This document shows positions 41,470 through 53,400 of a DNA stretch of 64,000 bases, piece after piece. The position numbers and the translations under genes were made by a program. The notes under the pieces were generated by a model. It was not told where the DNA came from, did not search any database, and saw only the letters and a list, made by a program, of their open reading frames with translations. The stretch's first letter is position 1. Each line of letters starts with the position of its first letter. Origin of the DNA: Chrysomallon squamiferum (lineage: Eukaryota; Animalia; Mollusca); NCBI GenBank assembly GCA_012295275.1, contig CM022674.1:12710001-12774000 (forward strand), read 5' to 3'.

Positions 41470-42240
41470 TAAAAATTAAACAGTACTGAATTGGTACTGT
41501 AATGATGCTTAATTAAATAGTACTGAATTGGTATTGAAATGATGCTAAATTAAATAGTACTGAATTCATACTGAAATGATGCTTAATTAAAAATTAAATT
41601 GTATGGAACTGGTACAGAAATGATACTGAATTAGTACTGAAATGGTACTTAACTGGTACTGAAATGATACTGAATTAGTACTGAAATGATACTTAACTGG
41701 TACTGAAATGGTACTTAACTGGTACTGAAATGATACTGAATTAGTACTGAAATGATACTGAATTAGTACTGAAATGATAACGAACTGGTACTGAAATGAT
41801 ACTGAATTAGTACTGAAATGATACTGAATTAGTACTGAAATGATACTGAAATGATACTGAATTGATACTGAACTGGTACTGAAATGATACTGAATTAGTA
41901 CTGAAATGATACTTAACTGGTACTGAAATGATACTGAATTAGTACAGAAATGATACTTACCTGGTACTGAAATGATACTGAATTAGTACAGAAGTGATAC
42001 TTAACTGGTACTGAAATGATACTTAACTGGAACTGAAATGATACTGAATTAGTACTGAAATGATACTTAACTGGTGCTGTAATGATACTGAATTGGTACT
42101 GAAATGATACTGAATTGGTACTGAAATGATACTGAATTAGTACTGAAATGATACTGAACTGGTGCTGAAATGATACTTAAATGGTGCTGAAATGATACTG
42201 AACTGATGCTGAAATGATACTGAATTGGTACTGAAATAAT
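41470..42240. repeat. 11/22-bp higher-order minisatellite
   Basis: tactgaaatga alternates with tactgaattag, tacttaactgg or tactgaactgg. Confidence 0.95.
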
Positions 42241-43099
42241 TACATTAGCAAATGTTTTCAGTTAATATTTAAACACCACTGATTTTAAGATTGAAATGTC
42301 TGGAACTGACATTTAAATAAAACAGAATTACAGCTCACATCAGGGCAAACTGACACAAACTGAAAACATTGCTGAAACACACAAACTGAAAACCTGGTTT
42401 TGTATAATTACTTAGATAAGTGCTCTGATTCTGAATTGAAAGTTCTTCTCAATTTATTTTTTCTTCTAAAACGACTCACTTAGTTTGCATTTTACACATA
42501 ACAAATAAAAAAACATAAAACCTGAGACATCCATGATAAGCCAAAGGCAGACAGTATCATTATATAGCTTGATGATTATGACCTGGTAATAACGATTTTT
42601 TTTTTTTTTATTTTTTTGCCTGTTATTTGACAAAATCAGTGACCTGTATATAAACAGCTGTTACACAGATACGTAGAGGATACCATAGGAAAATTAACGT
42701 ATTGCATAACAGAAAATGTGTAATATGGGATTATACACAGTCATGTGATGTAAAGTAATATTATTATTTCACACTAACTGGCTAGAATATATCTGTACTA
42801 GTATGAACCTGTAATGGTATAAATACATTGGGTATACTTTGCAGATTATTGTTTTATTTACTTTGTGCATTAAATATCCATTAAGTATATATTGAATTTT
42901 CAATGATGCTGTCAAAATGTCTGTTTTATATATATGTTCAGACAAACACATATACTATATATATACATAAATACATTACCAAACCATGTCTGTGGGTGTT
43001 TATATATATACATACAAACATACACACATACATAAATAAACATATATGTAAACTTAATATGCAAATATGTACGTGTGTGTGTGTGTAACATAAATTTCA

Positions 43100-43202
43100 T
43101 TATTATTTTTATTATTATTTTTATATTTATTATTGTCATCATCATTATTATTACTACTACTGTTATTATTATTTATTATCATCATTATTATTATCATTAT
43201 AC

Positions 43203-43265
<63 letters not shown>

Positions 43266-43368
43266 CATCATCATCATTATTATTGCACCACTTCTACTAC
43301 TACTACTACTACTACCAGTACTACCCCTATTATTATTACTACTACTACTACTATTGCTACTACTACCA

Positions 43369-43413
<45 letters not shown>

Positions 43414-43436
43414 TATCATTACCATCATTACCATCA

Positions 43437-43483
<47 letters not shown>

Positions 43484-43520
43484 TATTATTATTATTGTTA
43501 CTGTTACTGTTATTAATAAT
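43100..43520. repeat. (ATT)/(ACT)/(ATC) compound microsatellite
   Basis: Read directly. A second block lies at about 43915-44115. Confidence 0.95.
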
Positions 43521-43548
43521 AATTAATATATTTATTTGTATGTTACAG

Positions 43549-43647
43549 TTACACAATCACAAGTATGAGACGGGGAAGGCTCTGCAGGCGCTGGTTCGAA
43601 GTCCTGCACTGCGAAGTATTCAGAAGAAGTGGACTGAAGAAGACGCA
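43549..43647 (+). CDS. RERE: RERE coding exon E (ELM2 end and SANT start), 99 nt
   Basis: Acceptor tgttacag|T and donor GCA|gtaagt. Encodes LHNHKYETGKALQALVRSPALRSIQKKWTEEDA, with the LH...Y...KALQ.LV motif and the first SANT Trp. Confidence 0.96.
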
Positions 43648-43910
43648 GTAAGTCAGAGTTTTTTTTGATAAAGTGCACTCGCATTGTGAGCAGAGAACAC
43701 TCAGGTTCATGTTCTGACTACAAAACACACTCGTAGATGACACGTGTATGCGAAATTATTCATCTAGTTTTGATCGAAAAGGTTAATTTAAAAAAAATTA
43801 CAGGTAAAAATAGTTGTGAGTAGACTGTGGGGGTGGAAGAAATATTTTAATAGGGTTCATTTATTTAAAGATAGTTCAGCCTTCTCCAACTTTATTTATA
43901 TATTTATTTG

Positions 43911-43958
<48 letters not shown>

Positions 43959-45399
43959 GCATTATTATTATTATTATTTGCATTATTATTATTGCATTAT
44001 TATTATTATTGCATTATTGTATTATTGTTATTATTTGTTATTATTTACATTATTATTACTGCTGCTGCTACTATTACTTCTACAATTATCATCATCATCA
44101 TCATCATCATCATCATTAATTTGGGTTGGTTATTATGTCAAGTGCTAAAAACAAAGTAAAAAAAATTCCAAACAAACAAACAAAACAAAACTAAATCTAA
44201 AACAAAATACAAACAAATAAATAAATAAATAAAGAATAAAAAAAAAAAAAAAAAAAAGCAACTAATTTGTTCTCGCTGATAACTTCTTGCTCCGACTATC
44301 TAAACCTGTTGACAAGATCTTATCTCATCCAGCCCACCACACCCCTTTCAAGAGCAATAACACAGCACTGCTACGACCTTTGAACTGTCGGTTGCACAGA
44401 TCTGCACTTGACCTGCGACCCCTGGGTACAACACTTGTTGCTAAGGTGTTGAGGGTCATCACCGAGGTGCTAATTTATGATAGCATGCACAAGAAAGCTT
44501 GTTAATTTTATCCCGTTTAGTAGATAATAGACCTGATAGGGAATGGCTGGGGGCGAGCAAATCTTGAAACTGTTAAAATGATGTAGTTAGGGTCTTGTCT
44601 GTGAGGGCGATGATATAAAAAACATGGTGGATTTTAAACTGTAATTTTTAATATTTTTATGTTTCGAAGGATGTTGTGTTTTTAAATGGTATCTTTCTTT
44701 TTTTTTTTTTTAGTTCATGGGGTGTTGCGATAACATCTTATTTTCTTAATAGTTATTTTTCCTTTTATTTTTAAAAATTTGTTTTTATTATTATTAGTTT
44801 TTTTAATTTCATAGGATGTTATGGTTAGAAGGCTGTAAATTCAAAATAATAATTAATATACTGATGTGCTTTTTAGTTATTTATTATTCATTTAAAATGC
44901 TTTATTGTTATTATATTTATTTATTTATTATTATCATTATTATTATTATTGTTATTATTATTATTATTATTATTATCTTCTTTTTTTTTTTTAAATTTTG
45001 ATTGAATAATAAGGTTTAGATTCAGTTTTCACAGTTTAATTATAAATCAGCAATAAACACCAACTTAAGCTTTTCAGCATTACTGAGTTAAAATGATATC
45101 CACTGATGTAAAAAAACCTGTTAGAATAAAAGAAATGTTTTAAAATGATATTAAAGTAACTCTATAACGTAAAATATTTAATTTTTATAGATACAGTCAC
45201 TGATCACATGACATGAGATCAGGTGATCATACTGCACAGTTTTTGTGGCCCACAACCCTGCTTCTCTCTATACCACCCACCCACCCATGTTTAACATGAA
45301 ATGCTGAGAATTGTTTTTGTCAAATCAAGTGGGCATGCTCTGTTTGAAGAGAATTCACACACTTCCATCAGACTTTAGATAATCAGTCTTTCAAATGTC

Positions 45400-46272
45400 C
45401 ATCTGCTAAATCTGAAGTCTGTTAAATTAAATTCCATTAAGTGGAAATCCATCACTCTAAAGTCTGTTAAATTAGGGTCCTTCAAATCAAGTTGGGTTAA
45501 ATCAGTGCCCATTAAATCGATGTCTGTTAAATCTTTGTCTGTTAAATCGATGTCTGTTAAATCGATGTCTGATGTCTGTTAAATTCAATGTCTGTTAAAT
45601 TCAATGTCTGTTAAATCAGTGTCTGTTAAATTGATGTCTGTTAAATCAGTGTCTATTTAAATCACTGTCTGTTAAATCTTTGTTCATTAAACCATTGTCT
45701 GTTAAATCAGTGTATATTAAATTTATGTCTGTTAAATCAATGTCTATTTAAATCAGTGTCTATTTAAATCAGTGTCTGTTAAATCAGTGTCTGTTAAATC
45801 AGTGTCTGTTAAATCAGTGTCTGTTAAATCAATGTCCATGAAATCAATGTCCATGAAATCAATGTCCATGAAATCAATGTCTGTTAAATCAATGTCTGTT
45901 AAATCAGTGTCTGTTAAATCAATGTCTGTTAAATCAATGTCCATGAAATCAATGTCTGTTAAATCAATGTCCATGAAATCAATGTCTGTTAAATCAGTGT
46001 CTGTTAAATCAGTGTCTGTTAAATCAATGTCCATGAAATCAATGTCCATGAAATCAGTGTCTGTTAAATCAATGTCTGTTAAATCAGTGTCTGTTAAATC
46101 AATGTCCATGAAATCAATGTCTGTTAAATCAGTGTCTGTTAAATCAATGTGTGTCCTATTTTAAATCAGTGTCTATTTTAATCAGTGTCTGTTAAATCTT
46201 TGTCTGTTAAATCTTTGTCTGTTAAATCAGTGTCCATGAAATCAGTGTCTGTTAAATTTAAGTCCATTAAAT
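45400..46272. repeat. 15-bp minisatellite with variant units
   Basis: Unit aaatca(g/a)tgtc(tgtt/catg). Near-perfect at 45750-46150, degenerate at both edges. Confidence 0.95.
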
Positions 46273-49249
46273 TTTGGGTAGTCCATGTTTAGAATATAGA
46301 ACAGTTGAGTGGTTACACATTTCTAACTGATGATACAGTCACTTGTTGGAAAATAAGAAACCAGTACTGTGCATTGGTGCACTCGTTTTGTACAATTTTT
46401 CCCATTCCAGCCAGATAAAGCTTTTCCCAGTGCTCCTAATACTGGTCCTTCTAAAGGAGTGGTCTTAGTAAAGAGTTTGTTTTAGTGCATGTAACAGAAT
46501 AATTGTTTTCATCATCATCCATAATGTTACATTTTTTTTTTATTAGAATATTATTATAATTTTTTAAAATACATTTTGATAACTTGGATGAATTGTAATA
46601 AAAAAACAAATGTATTTGTTAACAAAAATAATGATTTGGTACCCCCAAAATTATGATTTATATTCTATTTGCAACTATATTTATATGTTAAAATAAAATA
46701 AAGAATTCTCCTGCACAACAAAATGAAATCTGCATGAAAAAACAATATGTATTTATCAGTGTACATCAAAACAAAATAAATAAATTATTATTTTAAAAAA
46801 AATAAAAATAAAAAAAATAAAAAATAAACATTTGCTTTTAATATCAGGTATGTTTTATAACCTACCCTTAGTTGATGAAAAATAAAATATTTATAAATTT
46901 AAAATAATACATTTTTCATTTACCAATGTTTTGTTATTGTTTTTAATAAAAGAAAAAAGTATATAATGCAATGGAGCATAATAATAATGTTAAAAATAAT
47001 AAATAATGTTGTTAATAATGAAACTGTAATGATAATAATCACAGAAACAAGAACAACTAAATGCAAAAAAAGTTTTAATAACATTACACTGTGATGGTAG
47101 TAATGGTAGTAGTAGTAGTAGCAGCAATGGAAGTATAAGTTGGATGATAGATGTAATTGATATATTAGTACTAGCAATAAAATTAAATAAATAACAGTAT
47201 AAAAACAAACATACACAAACATTTTCAAATATCCAATACAAAAAGAACAAATAAATAAATAAATATATAATTAATATTAATACAAAATAAATAAATTAAA
47301 TGATAAATTAAATAATAAATAAATAAGTAAGTAAATAAGTAATTAAGTAAAAAAAAAAAATAAAAAAAATAAAAATAAATAAAACTAACTAAATAAATAA
47401 TATTGTCAATGAATAAATAAAATAAATTAATGAATAAATAAATAAATAAATATGTAAATACATAAATACATAAATAAATAAGAATATAAATGTATATAAA
47501 GAAAGAAAGAAAGAGACTGTTTTTCTCAGTTATCAGATTTGAGTAAAAAAAAATTAAACATCAGTGATAGGGTTTATTATGACAGGGTAGAGACAAATGA
47601 TCCCAGCAGACTGAGCCCGCGTGTTTTCAATAAGGCGAGAACAAAGAGTCAAGTCTTCTCCTATCTACATCTCACACTCCCTGCTTTCTTTTCATTCCTC
47701 ACATCTTTATTGGTTTGTGCTGCAGTGTAAAATGAGCCACAGGCTGGAGAAATGTGTGTTGTCAGAGATTAAAACTAGGTTTTTATAAAACATATCTGCT
47801 TGTTCTTAATGTTTTTATCAAGTTGTTTGGAATAATGGTCTCCTTCATTTTGATGGAAGTTTTTAAAATTTATTTTTAGAATTAAAATTTTATGAAGAAA
47901 TTTTAAAAAAAAAAAAAAAAAAAATTAAAATAAAATAAAAATAAAAAATAATTAAGAAATAGCACAATTTTTTTTTTTTTTTTTTTTATAGAAAAAAATG
48001 GTTAACTTTGTGTTTTATGTTTTATTATGTTTTGAAAAATATTTTTATATTTTATTTTTTATTTTAAAATTATTTGTATTTATTTATTTATTTAGAATTT
48101 CTGCTGAAGCATTTTTTTTTTTTTTTTTTTTTTTACAAAGCATGAATAGTTGATGACATTGATGAATCTTCATGTTTAGAAAAACATGACTGCTGACACT
48201 AGTGGGTCTTTGAACGGATAATGAAATATGTGAAAATAATTTATTTATTTGAAAAATAGATTATTAGCCACACTGGTCAATTAAATAGAATTCAAATTTA
48301 TGGTGAAATTTTTCTGAAAAACATTAATGTATTCTTAATTTTTTTTGAAAAATGAAGGCTGTCATGGCATTTAAAATTAGAATTATTTGTTATTTAGAAT
48401 TATAATTTTTCTGCTGAAGTTTATTTGAAAATGATGAATGTTTTTTTTGTTGTTTTTATCAAATTCTTATGAAAACTGCCAGTTGTTAGTTTTGAAAAAT
48501 TAAAATTGATGGTGAAACTTTTTCCAACGACATGAATGTAATCTTTATATTTTTGCTTATCAGTTTCCCCAAAAAACAAAAAATTCTTCTTGTTTTTTTT
48601 CTTTCTTTGAAAAATGTCTTATTGTTAGTCATAGATTTAAAATTAAATGGTGAAATGTTTTTTAAAACATTAATGTTTGGCTCTTACACTAGTTTAAAAA
48701 AAAATATAGAGTAAACAACTGACTTTACTTAGAACTGAATTTTACTGATAAAATTTGTCAGTGCTCATTAAAACAAAATAAATATATTATTCTTTAAAAA
48801 AATAAAAATAATAAAAAATTCAACATTTGCTTTTAATATCAGATATGTTTTATACCTACCCATAGCTGATAACAAATGAAAAATAAAATATTTATAAATT
48901 TATAATGAAAAACGTTTTTAATAAAAAGAAAAAATATATAGTACACTAGTTTAAAAAAATATAGAGTTCACAATTGTGTTACTTACAATTTTACTGATAA
49001 AGTTTAATTTTAAAATAAATATTGTTTTTGTAAATGTCATTGGGAGAAATGGTGATTGTATAAAATATTTCCTTTTAAATTTGGGTTGTAACTATGCAGT
49101 GGTTTATTTTTGACTCTTGTATATTAAATTATGTTGGAAAAAATATTGAAGTGATTTTATACAAAATTAAAACTGGTTAATTTTAAACCAAAAATACTTT
49201 AGATGTTTCATTCAGTACATCAGACCATATCTTGATGAAAGTTTGGTTT

Positions 49250-49345
49250 GGCCCATTCCACCAGTACTCCAAGTATATCAAAGTCTGGCATATGTTCTCC
49301 TCTTTCTATGAGAAGGTGTATGCAAAAGATGCTTAACTGCTAACT
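49250..49345 (+). mobile_element. Decayed SINE-like interspersed repeat fragment
   Basis: Inverted relative of 34761-34854. A further related piece, cccattccagccag...cagtgctcc...actggt, lies at about 46400-46463. Confidence 0.45.
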
Positions 49346-49497
49346 AATAAGAAAACATCAGTTGAATATTAGTGTTAGGTTTATTCTCATGTGTAATAAT
49401 ACAGAAAGTAGGCCTAAATCAATTTTTATTTTTTATTATTTGTTTTTATTTATTCTTTTATTTTTATTTTTATTTTATTTTGTTTCATTTTTTTCAG

Positions 49498-49578
49498 AAA
49501 CGGTTTGTGAGAGGATTAAGACTCCATGGTAAAAATTTCTTCAAGATCCGAAAAGACCTTCTACCTCATAGAGAAACG
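49498..49578 (+). CDS. RERE: RERE coding exon F (SANT), 81 nt
   Basis: Long T tract, acceptor ttttcag|A and donor ACG|gtaagt. Encodes [27 protein letters not shown], the SANT GKNFF.IRK.LLP motif. Confidence 0.96.
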
Positions 49579-50051
49579 GTAAGTGCTGCCCTGCTGTTAT
49601 GTAGAAATGTGTTTACTTCTCATACATGATGTTTGAATCACCTGCCCTTAATAAAATCTCCAAACTGAAAGTCTGAATTATTTACTGGGGCATACTTTTC
49701 ATACTGAAATTCTAAATTAACTACCTGAGTATACTTTTCATACTGAAGTAAGAATTACTTCCCCTAGTATACTGATTATACAGAAAACTGAAATCTCCCA
49801 ATCTGACCTGTTCTCTGAAACAAATCAATATACATTTTTAAATTGCTGTAAAGCACTTGTCAGTGTGTTTGCAAGTTTTTTCAGACTTGGCCCTGCCCAG
49901 TGTTCCATCCCCCAACCCATGTTGTTATATAAAAACATTATTTACATATTTATATTTGAATATAAAGCTGATAATTCTTATCTGTTTTGTATAACTGATA
50001 ACACTGTAATATTTGTTGGTCTGTCAGTTTGTGTGTGTGTGTGTGTGTGTT

Positions 50052-50082
<31 letters not shown>

Positions 50083-50324
50083 ATAAAATTTTGTTTCTTA
50101 GTTTTAATTTTTTCTCTATTTTTATTTGTTTATTTAGAATTCTTTTTATAAAAATCATTTTTATTTGTTTATTTTTATTTTTGTTTTTTGATTCATGCAT
50201 GCTTTTCCAGGGTAAATGAAAAAAAAAAAGTAAATAAGGAAAAATTGAAGAAACAAAAATGAAAGAAGAGAAAAAAAAATTACACATATGACACATAATC
50301 AAGTAAAAAAATATTTAACAATAA

Positions 50325-50401
<77 letters not shown>

Positions 50402-53400
50402 TAAATAATAATATAAATTTAAATAAATTTAAAAACAAGAAGACTAAGATTAAGTCACTAGCAGGATTTGAACACTTTACCCCTCAAATTCAAATGGCCA
50501 CACTACAGGTGTAAAAAAAATAAAAAAAAAAAAAAAAAAAAATGTATTTATTAATCACACTCCAGCAAAAATATAATAACAGCATTTCCTGACAAGGAAT
50601 TTTATCTAATAATAGTCATTACAACTACTTTTTTTTTTTTTATTATTATTATTATTTTTTTTTTTTTTATATTATCTCAATTGTTACCTTTTATTTTACT
50701 GCTGCTTTGATTTGGCTGTGAAACTGCTGGTCATTGCCTCAGCTAATCCTGGCTGTAAACAAAAACGTCAGGCCAATAAAAACACTTGGACAAAGCCCCG
50801 TGTACGAAAATTACATTTAATGGCCTCCGTTACTTCCACTGTTCTATGGTTTTAGTGGTGAGACAAAGAGTAATAGCAGGCTGTAAAAATTTCAATTTAT
50901 GTCTGGGCAAATGGTTTTCCTTTTTAAAAACAAGACGATGGAATATTTGTAGCCGCGAGTTTGAAGTAATGAACTTCGTGTGCAGAGATTAAGTGTGAAT
51001 ATTGAATTGTAAATGTTTATGTGCTTGTGTAAGTGTTGAAGTATTCAGTGTAAGTACTGAACTGTGTGAACTGGTATGAAGAATTTGTGTAGTTGTTAAG
51101 TGTAAGTATTGAAGTTATGTATAAAGCTTCAGTTTTTGATATTGAAGTATTGATGGAAATGGGTATGATATTTGAAGTATGTGTATTTCTAAGTGAAGTA
51201 TACATGCAGTGAAGAATAATTTGTAATTAGAATTTGTGTTTCTGTGACTCGGGAAGTAAACATCAGTCGCCATTTGTGTTATATACCTCATATATTTTTG
51301 TGTTTTGTATGTGTATTTGTCTGTGTTTGTGTTTGTGTGTATGTATTTTTTTTCTGAAGATGTTTTTATCAACATCATGAAATATAATTCATCCTTTCAA
51401 ATATAATTCTCACATTCATATATATTTACAGTTTAATTCTTCAGACCTATTTTATAAATAGAAATACATGAATATTTTTTAATGATAGAATGTTTGTCTA
51501 ACATCACTAAAATACATTTAAATAAATTTGATTTTTCAACAGATACATTTATTACTTGTCAAACATAGCTTATTTATAGCAATAATAATAATAATAACAA
51601 TAACAATAATAATAATCTGAGTGACAAAACCACTGAATATCACAACTTCAAGGACACTTCAATATAAAATACCAGCAAGAATTATTTTATTCAAACCTAC
51701 CCATGGGTTCAAAAAAACCTACTACTCCTTTGTTAGATAATACAAGAAAATTAATTTCTGTTGAGCATTTTTAATAACAATAAACAACTCTGATGTCGAG
51801 CCATCTTTACAATTACCTTCTGGATACAACATTCTGACAGTCTGTCAGTTGTGGTGGTGGGGTTGACATTTCAGAGACTAATGATTAATTAACTATTAAA
51901 TAAGTATTATAATACATCTCTGATTCCCTCCATTAGCCACCCAGATAAAAACATCTAGATGTACAGATAAGCAGTGTGTGTGTAAGAGATACAATACAAC
52001 TTACCTGCCTGTTTAATATCTGTATTTGATATACCCAACAACCGGGTGTCAGCTAACGAGTTTAACGTATCTCTCGGTGTTGATGTTAATTCACGCCAGG
52101 GTGTAAAGACACCCTGTCGTATCTCATTGTAACAGGGTGGGGTGTCACACGTCTAAATTCAACACCGCTGACCCATGCAGTTGTATAACCATACAGGTAT
52201 ATATATATTCACCTGTACAGGTATTCGCATACCTGGATGTCAATTCTGATAAATACCTTGTCATCGGGGTTGCAAAGGTTGTTACACGTTTTTGACTGAG
52301 TTGTATGCGAGCGGTGATTGAATGTGCGCAGGTAGATATCTCTCCTTTATCTCGATGAGTATGTTAAGCAAACAATAATAATGTCGGGGGTTTTGTTGAG
52401 AAGATCTATCTTGTGTTCATTGAAAGCTGGTAAACTGAGTATCACTTTGTTGCAGCCTCAGTGTTGGCTGTAAGGTGATACGTCACTGCTGGTTGGGAGA
52501 TATTGAATTTAGATCTCGGAGAGCTGTGTACAGTTTTATTATTCTTTAATAAAGCTTTCAATTTGCTCTCCTTTGAAAAGAAAATGACGCACACACGTTG
52601 GTGCATGTACCCAAGTCGAGACGTATGTATTGTATGTGGTGTATTTGTATGAATGTTTACTAGTTTAGTGTGGGTCTCTGTCTGTGTATATGTGTGCATG
52701 TATGTAGGTAGGTAGATAGTGATTTATGTGTGCACAATTGTATACATATATATATATATATATATATGTATTTATTTGATTTTATATAGATATGTGTGTG
52801 TGTATATAAAATGAATATATAAACTACACCAATAATAATAATAATATCTATTTTTTTTAACAGAATTATTTAATAAAACTAGTAAGTCATTTATTTCTCA
52901 ATATTTTCAGTTAATATAAATAAAATAAAAACATACCTTTTAAACATGAGTAATTAAAAATCTTTAAAGAAATGAAACATATTTAATAACACAACACTTA
53001 ACTTGTTTCATGTGAATACAGTAAATAACAGATTTATAATAATAATAATAATAGCAGCTACAGCAACATTAGTAAATAAACGAATTTATAATACTAAATT
53101 AAATAATTATAATAATAATAAATACTATTATTACTAGTACTACTACTACTAATAATAATAATAATTAAAAACAAATCCTAATAGTAATTGACTTGCTTTT
53201 AGAGTTGGGCATATTTTTTATGGTTTTTTTTTCTTTTCTTTTTTTTTGAAGAGTTAATGTCTTTCTAAAAAAAACCATTTCCTCATCATCTCTTTCAGTC
53301 AGTTTCTCACATTGATTTTCTCTCTCTCTCTCTCTCTTTTTCACAACACAACAGAGCTAATGATCGAAGAATTACAATCAGTTTTCACTTGTGCATAATC

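Noticed and set aside
35029-49578. MTA1/2/3 or MIER as the identity of the gene
   Set aside because: The domain order is shared with MTA, but [19 protein letters not shown] and [14 protein letters not shown] are RERE-type sequences.
50458-50506. tRNA or tRNA-derived SINE on the minus strand (B-box-like GTTCAAATCC)
   Set aside because: Only a B-box-like motif is visible; there is no cloverleaf or clear A box.
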